This document shows, piece by piece, positions 47,466 to 57,943 of a DNA stretch of 64,000 bases; positions within the stretch are counted from its first letter, which is position 1; every line of letters begins with the position of its first letter. The stretch is from Vulcanimicrobiota bacterium. Lineage in GTDB: Bacteria > Vulcanimicrobiota > Xenobia > Xenobiales > JADMJV01. The translations under genes were made by a program, and so were the position numbers. Where the stretch lies: positions 552,008 through 616,007 of the forward strand of contig JBFWNU010000001.1 of NCBI GenBank assembly GCA_050250895.1, in the 5' to 3' direction. A model generated the notes under the pieces. It had not been told where the DNA came from. It saw only the letters and a list, made by a program, of their open reading frames with translations, and made no database searches.

Positions 47466-47669
47466 ATGACCTTGCAAATCTGCTTTCGCGCAGCCAGTAC
47501 CGAACAACAACTCGCCGATTTCTCTTCCTACCTGCAAAAACTGCCCGACAAAGTCTCTGACCTGCTCGACGTCTACGGGACCGAACAGGTCGTCTTCACC
47601 TTCCCCCGGCCCGAAAGCAACTTCATCGACCTTTACGAGCAAGGCGAACGCTCGGCCATCAACTGGTAG
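47466..47669 (+). CDS. Small hypothetical protein
   Basis: AGGGGG RBS, codon usage typical of the window, fills the gap between two minus-strand genes. Confidence 0.5.
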   Translation: MTLQICFRAASTEQQLADFSSYLQKLPDKVSDLLDVYGTEQVVFTFPRPESNFIDLYEQGERSAINW

Positions 47670-49080
47670 AAGGCTTGTTCCCCTGCTCTTCGGCCGCGGC
47701 CACGCAGAGCAGGGCGTCGTCGCCGCAAAGACGGTAGGTCTTGGGATTGACCAGGACCTTGCCGTCGGCTCTTTCGATAGCCACCGGAATGGCGCCCGTC
47801 TTCTGGTAAAACGACGTCAGAACCGAATCAAAGGTCTGACCGACCAGTTCCTCGGGCATCTTGAAGGGCATCAGGCTATTGCCTTTGGTCGGACGCAGCA
47901 GCTCTTGCAGTAAATGGACATTGGCTGAATAGAGCGCGGCCTGGGCCAGCAGATGTCCGGCCAGGTCGCGGGTGATGATAACCTCGTTGACTCCGCCCAT
48001 GCGAAGGTGCGTCTCGTTGACGGCATTGGAGAGTTCGGCGCAGGTATGGACGGCCGGATTGAGCTTTTCGATAGTGAGGGCCGCCAATACGGTGCGGGCA
48101 TCGGCGTCCTGGCGGCTACGGCCGCTGGAAACGTCGGACACGATGATGGCAATGGCGGCCTTGAGCACGTTCGCCCTGAGGAGGACCTCGGCTCGGGTGA
48201 AGTCATCGGTCAAGAGGCGCACGTTGCTGGGATTGGGCAAGTTCATGACCGGCAACTCGTCCCGACCGGCCACCACCACGATATCGCGGTTTTTGAGCGT
48301 GGAACTACTCTGCAACTCGACGAGGATGGTCTCGACCCCCGAGTTCCAGCCGCAGATCAAGATATGGTCTTCTAGATCTTCGAGCATCATCCGCTTGAGG
48401 ACCGTTCCTTCCCTCAATTTTTCGATCATGACCGCCGAGACGGTACCTGTCAACAACGCGAAGAATGCCAGCCCGCAGAACTGAACAAAGAGAATGACCA
48501 TCTTGCCGCCCAGGGTCGAGGGGAACGTGCTGATATACTCCCCCGCCACCAGACTGAAGAGCGTCTCCCAGAACGACTCGGCCAGCCGTTCCCAACCCTG
48601 CTTGTCCGACTCGCGAAAGTGCGACATCCCCAGGGTACCGAAGACCGTGGCAAAGCCCAGCAAGAACAGGGTGAACAGATACTCGGCCGCCCGGCGCTGC
48701 AAAAGGAACTTGAAAATGCGGCTGTTGCTGGTCAGCAACGAAGCCAGGCGAAACAGACGCAACAATCGTAGCAGCCTGAGAAAGCGAAAGACCCTGAAGA
48801 CACGAAGCAGCGGCAACACGGCCAGGATGTCGATCCAGTATTCGCGCAAAAAGCGGTCGCGCCGCTTCATGGCGATGAAGCGAATGATCAACTCGATCAC
48901 GAAGAAGGCGGTGATCACCTCGCTGATGCGCACCAGTCGCAGATGCAGTGCCGACTCTTGCGGCACGGCGATCTCGTAGCTCAACAGCACCACCGAGGCC
49001 ACAATGAGCGCCAACACCACCACATCGAAGGCGGCGTGACTGGTCAAACGCCGGCAGAACCTTTCAAGCCTGGGGAGCAC
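47659..49080 (-). CDS. Voltage-gated-type 6TM cation channel with RCK/TrkA-N domain
   Basis: S4 segment 'LRVFRVFRFLRLLRLLRLFR', pore region 'FWETLFSLVAGEY..P....GK', RCK 'DHILICGWN'. Confidence 0.85.
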   Translation of the reverse strand: MLPRLERFCRRLTSHAAFDVVVLALIVASVVLLSYEIAVPQESALHLRLVRISEVITAFFVIELIIRFIAMKRRDRFLREYWIDILAVLPLLRVFRVFRFLRLLRLLRLFRLASLLTSNSRIFKFLLQRRAAEYLFTLFLLGFATVFGTLGMSHFRESDKQGWERLAESFWETLFSLVAGEYISTFPSTLGGKMVILFVQFCGLAFFALLTGTVSAVMIEKLREGTVLKRMMLEDLEDHILICGWNSGVETILVELQSSSTLKNRDIVVVAGRDELPVMNLPNPSNVRLLTDDFTRAEVLLRANVLKAAIAIIVSDVSSGRSRQDADARTVLAALTIEKLNPAVHTCAELSNAVNETHLRMGGVNEVIITRDLAGHLLAQAALYSANVHLLQELLRPTKGNSLMPFKMPEELVGQTFDSVLTSFYQKTGAIPVAIERADGKVLVNPKTYRLCGDDALLCVAAAEEQGNKPSTS

Positions 49081-49151
49081 GCAATTTGGTTCCCCTCGGC
49101 CCCAAGCATCCCTGCAGGAGCCGAGTCCCGAGACTCAAATAGCCATCCTGC

Positions 49152-50807
49152 ATGAATGCTCGTCGATGGCTAGCCGTCGGGCTGATGATCCTCGCGCAGT
49201 TGGCGCCAGCCCTGGCTAAAGAGCCAAGGCTGGTGGTGGTTCTCGTGATCGACCAGTTTCGCCAGGACTATCTGGACCGATTCCACGCCCAGTTCCAGCC
49301 CGATGCTCCGGGCCGCCCCGGCGGTTTTTCCTATCTACTCGAGCACGGAGCTGTGCACACGCGCTGCTTCTACGATCACGTGCCCAACCACACGGCCGTT
49401 GGTCACGCCGCGCTGGCCACCGGCGCCCTGCCGGCCGTGCACGGAATCGTGGGCAACCGCTGGTACGATCGCGATGAGGGCGAGAAAAACGACGTGGCCT
49501 TCGACCCCGACTTCCCGCTCGTGGGCACCGCTGCCCAAGGCGGGGTCTCTCCCCGGGCTCTGCTCTCGACTACCGTGGGTGACGAACTCAAGCTGGCCAG
49601 CATGGGCCACAGCCGCATCTTCGGGGTGGCCATCAAAGACCGGGCCGCCATGCTCACTACCGGCCGGGCCGCCGATCTCTGTGTCTTCTATGACCATCAC
49701 ACCGGCCGGTGGATCTCGAGCACTTACTATTTGCCCGACGGCAAGCTGCCGGCCTGGCTCGAGGCCTATAACGCCACCGGTTGGGCCGACAGACTCTTCG
49801 GCTGGGAATGGAAGCCCTATCACCCCGCCAGCGCCTACGCCACTTGCCGGCCGGCCGTCTTCGTGGGCGCCAACGGCGCCTATCTCGATATCGGCGAGTC
49901 CTATCCCCACAAATTCACAGGTGGCCTGGACAAGCCCGGCCCCAAGTATTACGAAGCCATCAGCTTCACCCCCCATGGCGTGACCTCGACTTTCGAGGTG
50001 GCCCGCCGTCTGTGCCAGGCCGAAAAGCTCGGGCAGGGCGACTATCCCGACCTGCTGGTCATCAGTCTCAGCAGCAACGACAAGGCCGGCCACGCGTGGG
50101 GTCCATTCAGCCCCGAGATGCTCGACATCACCCTCGAGACCGACCGCGAACTGGCCAATTTTCTTCAGTTCGTCGACTCTCAGGTCGGGCTCGACCACAC
50201 CCTGATCGCTTTCTCGTCCGATCACGGCGTCGCTCCCCTGCCCGAGTTGGCCGAGAAGTTCCGCTTTCCAGGCGGGCGCCTGGCTCCTGATCAGTTTCGC
50301 AAGTCGCTCAACGATGTGCTGGTGGCTCGCTTCGGACCGGGCAACCACCTGGTCGCCTATAACGAGCCGAACCTCTATCTCAATCGCGCGACCATCCCGG
50401 CCGAGCACTTCGCCGAGGCGTGTCAGTTGGTGGCCGAGAAAGCCCGCACCTTGCCCGGTCTGCAAGCTGCCTTCACCCGTCAGCAACTCGAGCAAGGCGA
50501 CCTGCCACCCACCGAACTGGCCCAGCTGGCGGCTAACAGCTTCCACCCGCATCGTAGCGGCGACGTGATGGTGTTTACCCAACCCTACACCATCTTCAGC
50601 TTCAACAAGCCGGCGGGAACCACCCACGGCGCCCCCTGGAACTACGACTCGCACGTGCCCATGATCGTGGTCGGCCCTGGTGTTCCGGCCGGCATCTATC
50701 ACCGCAAATGCACCCCCCGCGATCTGGCCCCCACTCTCTCCGAGCTGCTCCATATCTCGCCCCCGGCCGGAGCCAACCGAGAGGTGTTGGAATGGCTGAC
50801 CCGCTGA
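49152..50807 (+). CDS. Alkaline phosphatase family protein (PafA-like)
   Basis: 'IDQFR.DYL', 'T..GHA...TG', 'KDR', 'D..GH', 'SDHG', 'HG.PW.YD.HVP'. Confidence 0.9.
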   Translation: MNARRWLAVGLMILAQLAPALAKEPRLVVVLVIDQFRQDYLDRFHAQFQPDAPGRPGGFSYLLEHGAVHTRCFYDHVPNHTAVGHAALATGALPAVHGIVGNRWYDRDEGEKNDVAFDPDFPLVGTAAQGGVSPRALLSTTVGDELKLASMGHSRIFGVAIKDRAAMLTTGRAADLCVFYDHHTGRWISSTYYLPDGKLPAWLEAYNATGWADRLFGWEWKPYHPASAYATCRPAVFVGANGAYLDIGESYPHKFTGGLDKPGPKYYEAISFTPHGVTSTFEVARRLCQAEKLGQGDYPDLLVISLSSNDKAGHAWGPFSPEMLDITLETDRELANFLQFVDSQVGLDHTLIAFSSDHGVAPLPELAEKFRFPGGRLAPDQFRKSLNDVLVARFGPGNHLVAYNEPNLYLNRATIPAEHFAEACQLVAEKARTLPGLQAAFTRQQLEQGDLPPTELAQLAANSFHPHRSGDVMVFTQPYTIFSFNKPAGTTHGAPWNYDSHVPMIVVGPGVPAGIYHRKCTPRDLAPTLSELLHISPPAGANREVLEWLTR

Positions 50808-50843
50808 CAGGAGTCGGCAAAGGTGTCTTGAACGACCCGCCCC

Positions 50844-52076
50844 ATGGCTGAAAAAGTAGTGCTCGCATATAGCGGAGGCCTCGATACCTCCTGCATTCTC
50901 AAGTGGCTCATCGACAAAGGATACGAAGTGGTCGCTTTTGTCGGCAACGTAGGTCAAGAAGAAGACTTTGACGAGGTCAAGCGCAAAGCTCTGGCCATCG
51001 GCGCCTCGAAGGTCTATGTCGAGGACCTGCGTCGAGAATTCGTCACCGACTTCATCTTCCCGGCCATCAAGGCTAATGCTCTCTACGAGGGTCGCTACTT
51101 GCTGGGCACCAGTTTGGCCCGCCCCTGCATCGCCCGCTCGCACATCAAGGTGGCCGAGCAAGAAGGCGCCCGATACGTTTCCCACGGGGCCACCGGCAAA
51201 GGCAACGACCAGGTTCGCTTCGAGCTGGCCGTCTACGCCCTCAAGCCCAACCTGCAGGTGATCGCCCCCTGGCGCATGGACGAGTTTCTCGACCGCTTCA
51301 AAGGTCGCACCGACCTCATGAACTACGCCGCCGAGAACGGCATCCCGGTGCCGGTCACGCCGGCCAGTCCTTACAGCATGGACGAGAACCTCTATCACAT
51401 CAGCTATGAATCGGGTGTGCTCGAAGACCCTCGCCAACCCCCGCCCAAGGACATGTTCCGTATGACCGTCGATCCGACCGAGGCGGCCAGCGAGCCCGAG
51501 CGGGTTACCATCGAGTTCAAGGACGGTGTGCCGGTTCGCGTCGAGAACCTCGAAGACGGCACCATCAAGAGCGATCCCCTCGAGTTGTTCATGTATTGCA
51601 ACGAACTCGGTCGCCGCCACGGCATCGGTCGTATCGACATCGTCGAGAACCGCTTCGTGGGGATCAAGTCGCGTGGTGTCTACGAAACTCCTGGCGGCAC
51701 GATCTTGCGCGAAGCCCATCTCGACATCGAAGGTATCGCCATGGACCGCGAAGTACTGCGCCTGCGTAACATGCTCAGCCCGAAGTTCAGCGAACTCGTC
51801 TATAACGGCTTCTGGTTCTCGCCCGAGATGGAGTTTCTCATGGCCGCCATGGACAAAGCTCAGGAGCTGATCGACGGAACGGTCGAGCTGCAGCTGTATC
51901 GTGGCCGGGCCATGGTACGCGGCCGCTGGTCGCCCAGTTCGCTCTACGATCAGGACCTGGCCAGCATGGAACTCGAAGGCGATTTCAACCCGCGCAATTC
52001 GGAGGGTTTCATCAAGACCAACGCCGTGCGACTGCGGGCTCACCGGGCCATCATCGAGGCTCGCAAGGGAAGCTAG
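50844..52076 (+). CDS. argG: Argininosuccinate synthase
   Basis: '[12 protein letters not shown]', '[14 protein letters not shown]', '[16 protein letters not shown]'. Confidence 0.98.
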   Translation: MAEKVVLAYSGGLDTSCILKWLIDKGYEVVAFVGNVGQEEDFDEVKRKALAIGASKVYVEDLRREFVTDFIFPAIKANALYEGRYLLGTSLARPCIARSHIKVAEQEGARYVSHGATGKGNDQVRFELAVYALKPNLQVIAPWRMDEFLDRFKGRTDLMNYAAENGIPVPVTPASPYSMDENLYHISYESGVLEDPRQPPPKDMFRMTVDPTEAASEPERVTIEFKDGVPVRVENLEDGTIKSDPLELFMYCNELGRRHGIGRIDIVENRFVGIKSRGVYETPGGTILREAHLDIEGIAMDREVLRLRNMLSPKFSELVYNGFWFSPEMEFLMAAMDKAQELIDGTVELQLYRGRAMVRGRWSPSSLYDQDLASMELEGDFNPRNSEGFIKTNAVRLRAHRAIIEARKGS

Positions 52077-52115
52077 GCGACAGGAACCCGGCCCGGCCGT
52101 CAGAAAACACGCGAG

Positions 52116-52874
52116 ATGCGCGTCCACCTGCTTCTTATTCTGCTACTGGTTGGTCTGGCCGGGTGCAAGGCTCCTGAGCAAGATGACTTGCACGCTTTCA
52201 CCCGGCGCGGCGACCTTGCGAAGATGCAAGCCGCTCTCGACACGGGCGTCGATATCAACCAGCTTAAAGGGGGCGTGACGGCCCTCCACGAGGCGGTGGA
52301 ACGCGGTCAGGAAGATGCCGTCCAATGGCTGCTCGAGAAAGGTGCCGACCCGGGCGTGAAGGATGCCAAAGGGCGGACGGCCTGGGAGGCCCTCTTCGCA
52401 GACCACCCCAAGCACATCACCAGCCTGCAATCCCGGTGTGCCGCCGCGCTGGTGGAGGGCGGAGCGCGGGTTGGCCACCCGCCCGACCGCGACCTCACCT
52501 ATTTGCATCTGGCCGCCCGCTGCAGCGACAGCGGCAGGCTGATGAAGGCCCTGATCGACAAAGGCGAGCAGAAGGTGGATGCTCGCGATGAAAACGGCTG
52601 GACCCCACTTCACTATGCGGCCCTGGGTGGTCACGGCGAGGCGGCCGCGGCGTTGTTGGCGGCCGACGCCGACGTCAACGCCGAGACCACCGCCACTTGG
52701 GAGAAAACCGAAAAACGCGGCAAGTCCGACCACACCGAGTATCGCTACCAAGCCGGCAGCCGCCCGCTCGATGTGGCCAACACCGACATCGCCAGAGGCC
52801 GCAAGAGCGTCTCACAGGTACTCAAAGAGTGGGGTGGCACCAACAACGATAAAGTCCACAACCTCCGCCATTAG
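52116..52874 (+). CDS. Ankyrin-repeat lipoprotein
   Basis: Lipobox LAGC, with 'TALHEA' and 'GWTPLHYAA' ankyrin repeats. Confidence 0.88.
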   Translation: MRVHLLLILLLVGLAGCKAPEQDDLHAFTRRGDLAKMQAALDTGVDINQLKGGVTALHEAVERGQEDAVQWLLEKGADPGVKDAKGRTAWEALFADHPKHITSLQSRCAAALVEGGARVGHPPDRDLTYLHLAARCSDSGRLMKALIDKGEQKVDARDENGWTPLHYAALGGHGEAAAALLAADADVNAETTATWEKTEKRGKSDHTEYRYQAGSRPLDVANTDIARGRKSVSQVLKEWGGTNNDKVHNLRH

Positions 52875-52909
52875 ATCTTTTTAAGGCACATCGTGTTCTA
52901 TAAGAGCGG

Positions 52910-55177
52910 ATGCACGCTTTGCCTTTTAGCGCTTACCGAGGGGCCCCCACCCGCCCGGCTTCGTCATGCCCCGACGCGGTCAGCCAGCGCCTCAGCTGGT
53001 TGGGTCGCCAAAAGCAGCCCTCGGCCAGCCTGGCTGAAAGCAGACTGGCCCGCGAAGGGGACCAGGCCGGGTCGGACCAGCTGCTGCTCAACCTGCTCGG
53101 CGGCTTGCCTAACGAATTTATGCTGCAGCAATCGGTGCCCCTGGCCGTCTCGACCCTCGAGCGTCTTGGCCCTGATGAAGATTCGGTTCGGGCCGTCACC
53201 CACGGCGCCCAGGCGCTCTTTCACGAAGGCCAACCGGCCCTGGCCGAGCAGGCCATCGGTTTGCTCGAGAAATGGCGCCAATCGGGAGAGCTGATGGCTC
53301 CCGAAGGCGACTGGAAAGTCTTGCTCGAGGGGCCGCTGGCGGTCGAGAAAAATCAGGTCAAATCAGCCCACGAAACGCCGCCCGAGCTACCTCCCCTGGC
53401 CTGGGCCGAGGCCCGCGCTCTGCTCGACGACGGGACCCCCCTCACGGCGGCGGAATCGGCCCTGGCGGCCACCTTCCTGGTCCGGGCACGACCCTCCGGC
53501 GAAGCTTTCACCAAGCTGACGAAAGCCTTCTGTGAGCAGCCCGAGTTCTTTCGGCCTCACGCCTCCTACCTCGGCCAGATGGCCTCGCGCATGCAAAGTC
53601 TCAGCTGGCAGTATCCCGAGCCCGAACCCCTCTACGGGCGCGAGCCGCTTCACGACTACTACGCCAACTTCATACCCAATTTTCCCAGGGCGGTCGACGG
53701 CGACCTCGTTCAACAGCAGCTTTTGCCTCTCACCCACGAATTGTATTTCAATGACCGCGCCACCGAACTCTGGCGGGATCTGTGGTCACGAAAGCCCGAA
53801 ACTTTCGCCCTTTGCCTGGACGATCTGGGCCGACGCGGCCCCAAGGAGCCGGGCTCGTTCGACCTGTTAGTGCTGCAAGAAGCGGTTCGCCGCGATTGGC
53901 GGCCCGAGCCCGAACAGGCCGACTGGTTGGCCAGCCGCCTCATTCGAGGCGAGGGTGTCACGCTGGACGACAAGGTCTTTGGCACCAGCCTGGTGCTGCT
54001 CGCCAAGCAACCCCCCGAGCTGAACCTTCCCGACAGCCAGGGCCAGAGCAAGCCCCTGGGTCAGGCTCTCTTCGATCGTATCCTCCACGACCCCGACCCT
54101 GGCCTGCTGCTCTTTCTCTCTCACGACGGTCCTGTCAGCCAGGCATTCTACCAACTGGCCACGCCCGACCTCGAGCGTCTCGAGGAACTGGTCAAAGCCG
54201 GCCTGAGCCGCGGTGGCATCGAGGCCATGGAAAAGCCTGAAGAGGCCGCCCTGGTGATGCTCGACCGCCTCGAGCCCAAACGCCTTCAACCCCTGCTTGG
54301 CGCCGAACTCGAGCGCGAACAGAGCTACTTCGTGCTCACCGACGTGGTCAACCACTTTCGCACCCGGGCCCTGGCCAACTTCGCCGGCGAGCCTCGCCAG
54401 GGCTTGCGCATGTTAATGGCCGGCGACTCGGCCAAGCTCACCAAAGCTCATCTGCAAGACTTTCTTTCCGCCGCCCCGGTCGAGCCGGACGCCTGGTGGA
54501 ACGACTTCCATCAATCGGACCTCGAAAAACTGACCCCTGACCAGAAGGCCTCGTTCCTGCTCTACGAAAACTGGACGCGCCAGGATGCCGGCGAACGCCA
54601 GCAGTTTCTCGACTGGATGGGGCCTCGCCTTGAGAAGCTCGGCGATTCGGGCCTGCGCACCGCCTATGACCAGATGCGACGCGAGCAAATCGAGGCCAAC
54701 CTCGACCAGTTGACCCAACCGAGCGATCTGTCTTGCGCCTTCTCGTTGGTGGTGAAAAATCAGATCATGGCGGATAAAGTCTACGACCTCGACCGGGGCG
54801 ACATCTGGCAGGCTTCAGCCGCCGCCTTCCACCGAGGCTTGGCCGAGTGCACCGACTGGCGTGGCGAACTGGCTGAGGTCAGCACCCAGGGCCACTCGCT
54901 CGAGATCGCGCGCTATCTCAGTCAACAGGTGGGCGACGACAACCTGGCCGACTACTGGCCGGGCTTCGCGGCCACTCTCAAAGCGCGCCCGGGGGCCGAA
55001 CTACGCGAGGTGGCCGCCGACCTGCGAGCCTATGCCGAGGCCCGCAAGAACGGACTCGACCACGCCGGAGCCCTGCGCACCCTGGTGGTGGGCGAGGCCG
55101 CCCCCATCACCCGCGAACTGCAACTAGAAATCGACCAGCTCTGGGTCGGGGACATCTCGCTCGAGATCCACGACTAG
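52910..55177 (+). CDS. Large hypothetical alpha-helical protein
   Basis: 755-aa ORF with window-typical codon usage. No recognisable domain and no signal peptide. Confidence 0.7.
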   Translation: MHALPFSAYRGAPTRPASSCPDAVSQRLSWLGRQKQPSASLAESRLAREGDQAGSDQLLLNLLGGLPNEFMLQQSVPLAVSTLERLGPDEDSVRAVTHGAQALFHEGQPALAEQAIGLLEKWRQSGELMAPEGDWKVLLEGPLAVEKNQVKSAHETPPELPPLAWAEARALLDDGTPLTAAESALAATFLVRARPSGEAFTKLTKAFCEQPEFFRPHASYLGQMASRMQSLSWQYPEPEPLYGREPLHDYYANFIPNFPRAVDGDLVQQQLLPLTHELYFNDRATELWRDLWSRKPETFALCLDDLGRRGPKEPGSFDLLVLQEAVRRDWRPEPEQADWLASRLIRGEGVTLDDKVFGTSLVLLAKQPPELNLPDSQGQSKPLGQALFDRILHDPDPGLLLFLSHDGPVSQAFYQLATPDLERLEELVKAGLSRGGIEAMEKPEEAALVMLDRLEPKRLQPLLGAELEREQSYFVLTDVVNHFRTRALANFAGEPRQGLRMLMAGDSAKLTKAHLQDFLSAAPVEPDAWWNDFHQSDLEKLTPDQKASFLLYENWTRQDAGERQQFLDWMGPRLEKLGDSGLRTAYDQMRREQIEANLDQLTQPSDLSCAFSLVVKNQIMADKVYDLDRGDIWQASAAAFHRGLAECTDWRGELAEVSTQGHSLEIARYLSQQVGDDNLADYWPGFAATLKARPGAELREVAADLRAYAEARKNGLDHAGALRTLVVGEAAPITRELQLEIDQLWVGDISLEIHD

Positions 55178-55220
55178 AGCCGCCCAAGGAACAGCGGTCT
55201 GGGAGGCGAAAAGACCGCCC

Positions 55221-55688
55221 ATGCAACTCGACGAGATCTGGCAATTGCTGGAACAATCCGCTCCGCTGAGTCAACTGATAGAGGTGCTCAACGAGCTAGA
55301 AGAGTCCGACTTCGAGCAACTCGGCGAAGCGCTGTCCCAACTTGGCCCTCAGGAACGCTTTCACGCCGTGCAGGTCCTGTCTGAAGCGGGCAATCCCGAG
55401 GCCATGGCCGCTCTTGAGTTTCTCTTTGAAGACCCCGAGGAAGAGATCCGGGCTCGCGCCCTCGAGGGCTACTACGAGTTTGGCAGCGACGAGGCTCAAC
55501 TCGAACGCCTCGGCCGACTGCTGCAGGCAGATCCGTCCGAACGGGTCCGTTGCTCGGCCGTCTTGGCCCTGGCCGTTACCGGCCAACCCGAGGCCCGGCG
55601 CCTACTCGAGGGCGCCGCCGAAGAAGACCCCTTCCCCAGCGTGCGCCGCCAGGCCCAGCAAGCCCTGGCTCGATTCGCCTGGCGCTAG
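55221..55688 (+). CDS. HEAT-repeat protein
   Basis: Repeated 'L.D....VR..A..AL'. Confidence 0.85.
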   Translation: MQLDEIWQLLEQSAPLSQLIEVLNELEESDFEQLGEALSQLGPQERFHAVQVLSEAGNPEAMAALEFLFEDPEEEIRARALEGYYEFGSDEAQLERLGRLLQADPSERVRCSAVLALAVTGQPEARRLLEGAAEEDPFPSVRRQAQQALARFAWR

Positions 55689-55770
55689 GCAAATTTACAT
55701 TTCAGCAACAAAAGTCTGCTAGACTGCTTACTCGGGGGTCGGTAAAGGACTACTGGAGGTCCATCTGCTC

Positions 55771-57303
55771 ATGACTCGCCCTGTCTCTGGCTCATCCACG
55801 CCTACGCCCGTGGCGGCCCCCAGGCCCGCCGCCGCCACCACGGCGGTCGATCCCACCATCAAAGAAGTCGGCGTCAGTCCCGCCCGTCTGGCCAACGGCC
55901 AGCTCGGCGAAGGTTGGGCTGCGGTAGCCGAGGCTCCCTCCACCGTAGACCCCGCTCACATCGCCTCGGTCGAAGGTCAGGCCCCACGCTTGAGCACCTC
56001 GACCACCGACCTGCTGCGCACGATGCAGGAAGATATCTACACCAACCCCGCACTTACCGACGCCCAGCGAGCCGAAATGCACGGAGCCTACCTGAGGAAT
56101 CTGCAAGAGGGCGGACCGATCGGGCTCAAGCAGCCCTTTAGCGAGTTCAGTGACGACGTGCGAGCCATCTACGCCTCGCGCGGACTCGCCAACGAAGAAC
56201 TGGTGGTGCAGGGCAGCGCCGTCAACAACGCCTCGAGCAAAGGCGGAGGCTTTCGCTTTAGTGACGGCGGACTCAAGGCCTCGGATATCGACGTAGCCGC
56301 CCGGGTCAGCCCCGAGCGCTTCAACGAGCTAGCCATGCAGAGTATTCGCGAGATGCAGCAGCAGGGCAAGATCCCCGCCTCGGTGCAATCGTTAGACGAT
56401 CTGCAGGCCCTGGACGCCTCGACCCTCAGCCGCGGAGCCAGGGGATTTCGCAACAACCTGCAAAACGGCGTCATCCGCGCCTATAACATCCCGGGGGGCG
56501 ACCCCAAGGTGAGCGTGCTCCAGGAAGACCTGACCGCGGCCGCCAGCCGCAAGGTCCAGATGAGCGTGGTCGAACAGGGCGGAAACTTCGACACTCCTTC
56601 GCGCCTGCCGCTCCGACCCGAAGGAGTGGGCGCTGCCGGCGAAGCGGGCGAGGCAGCCACCCTGGCGCGCACCACCGGCGAGGTGGCCGACGCCGCCCCC
56701 GGCGCATCCCGAGTCGCTGGCGAGACGGCCGAAGTGGCCTCGGGAGCTGGCCGGCTGGCCACCGTGGCCCGCTATGGCGGCGGAGCGCTGGCGGTGGGTG
56801 GCGGCGGGATTCAGATGGCGGTCGGCGTCAGCGAACTGGCCGATGGCAAGATTGTGGACGGCTCGGCTGACCTCACAGCCGGCGCCGCCAACACCACGTC
56901 CGGCGTGGCTCTGCTCGCCGGAGCGGGAACTCTGGCCGCCGGGGCGGGCGGAGTAGGCGCCGTCATCGACGGCGGCCGCGACGTCATCAACGGCATTCGC
57001 GAGGGAGACGGCGAGAAGATCACCGTGGGCGGAGTGAAGACCGCCGCGGGGGCCATGATGATCGCTGGCGCCGCCACCGCCAACCCGATTCTGATGGTCG
57101 GCGGAGCCGCTACCTACGTGGGCGCCACCGTCTATCAACACCGCGAGGCCATCGGCAACGCCATCTCGAGCGCCGCCGACGCCACCGTCGACTTCGCCGG
57201 GCGGGCGGCCGACACCGTGGCTACCGGGGTCAGCAACGCTGTCTCGGCCACCGGCGAAGCGCTTTCGGCCGGTTGGAAGCGATTTACAGGCTGGTTTGGC
57301 TGA
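55771..57303 (+). CDS. Putative effector/toxin: nucleotidyltransferase-like domain plus Gly/Ala-rich hydrophobic C-terminus
   Basis: GGAGG RBS; 'VQGSAV...SDIDVA' (GS...DxD); glycine-zipper-like C-terminal helices. Confidence 0.55.
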   Translation: MTRPVSGSSTPTPVAAPRPAAATTAVDPTIKEVGVSPARLANGQLGEGWAAVAEAPSTVDPAHIASVEGQAPRLSTSTTDLLRTMQEDIYTNPALTDAQRAEMHGAYLRNLQEGGPIGLKQPFSEFSDDVRAIYASRGLANEELVVQGSAVNNASSKGGGFRFSDGGLKASDIDVAARVSPERFNELAMQSIREMQQQGKIPASVQSLDDLQALDASTLSRGARGFRNNLQNGVIRAYNIPGGDPKVSVLQEDLTAAASRKVQMSVVEQGGNFDTPSRLPLRPEGVGAAGEAGEAATLARTTGEVADAAPGASRVAGETAEVASGAGRLATVARYGGGALAVGGGGIQMAVGVSELADGKIVDGSADLTAGAANTTSGVALLAGAGTLAAGAGGVGAVIDGGRDVINGIREGDGEKITVGGVKTAAGAMMIAGAATANPILMVGGAATYVGATVYQHREAIGNAISSAADATVDFAGRAADTVATGVSNAVSATGEALSAGWKRFTGWFG

Positions 57304-57346
57304 CGCCGGCGCGGCCTTGTGCCGGGGCCTGGCCGGAGAAGCCTCG

Positions 57347-57943
57347 CTAGCGCTTGGGCTCGATTTCCAGAGCTTCAGCGATCTGATCGAGTCCGCCCTC
57401 GAACGTGTCCGGGTCGACGAGTTTGGCCTTGATGTGGACTGGATAGGGCCTGTTGCTAGTCGAGTGGAACCAGATGGCATACTCGTGTCTGCCAGCCAGG
57501 GGCACGCTGGTCTGCTGAAAGAAAGACCGATTGCGAGGCGGTAGCCGATAGCCCGTCAGTTGCACATCGCGCAACGATTGAAAGTGGGTGAAGTAGTCTC
57601 TGTCACGTCCTTTGCGCGGGAAGATATACCAGCTTGAGAAATCGTTCTGGGCGTCCAGCGAGAAAAACCAGACCAGGTGGTGGTTATTCGGCGGGGTCAT
57701 GAAGCGGACGCCATCCATGCCGTAGCCCTTCCTGTTGAGCTGAACCTGGATAAATTTGGGCTTCTCGCTTGGACCCGGCACCCGGATCATCTGAAACTGA
57801 TTCCAGTCCTTGCGCATCTCGTCCTCAGCGAGGCCCGTCTCGCCCTGGGCCGCCAACTGACTGGCCTTCTGAAACGCGTTGAGCGGTTGCGTCCAGGCGA
57901 GCATTGTTAGAGCAACCAGCAAAGCCAAAATCTTGTATCTCAC
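57347..57943 (-). CDS. Secreted hypothetical protein
   Basis: Signal-peptide-like N-terminus (MRYKILALLVALTMLAW). Start supported by the upstream promoter motif. Confidence 0.65.
   Translation of the reverse strand: MRYKILALLVALTMLAWTQPLNAFQKASQLAAQGETGLAEDEMRKDWNQFQMIRVPGPSEKPKFIQVQLNRKGYGMDGVRFMTPPNNHHLVWFFSLDAQNDFSSWYIFPRKGRDRDYFTHFQSLRDVQLTGYRLPPRNRSFFQQTSVPLAGRHEYAIWFHSTSNRPYPVHIKAKLVDPDTFEGGLDQIAEALEIEPKR

Noticed and set aside
49335-52127. 930-aa minus-strand ORF
   Set aside because: Antisense shadow of the pafA-like gene and argG, expected from high-GC codon bias; no recognisable motifs.
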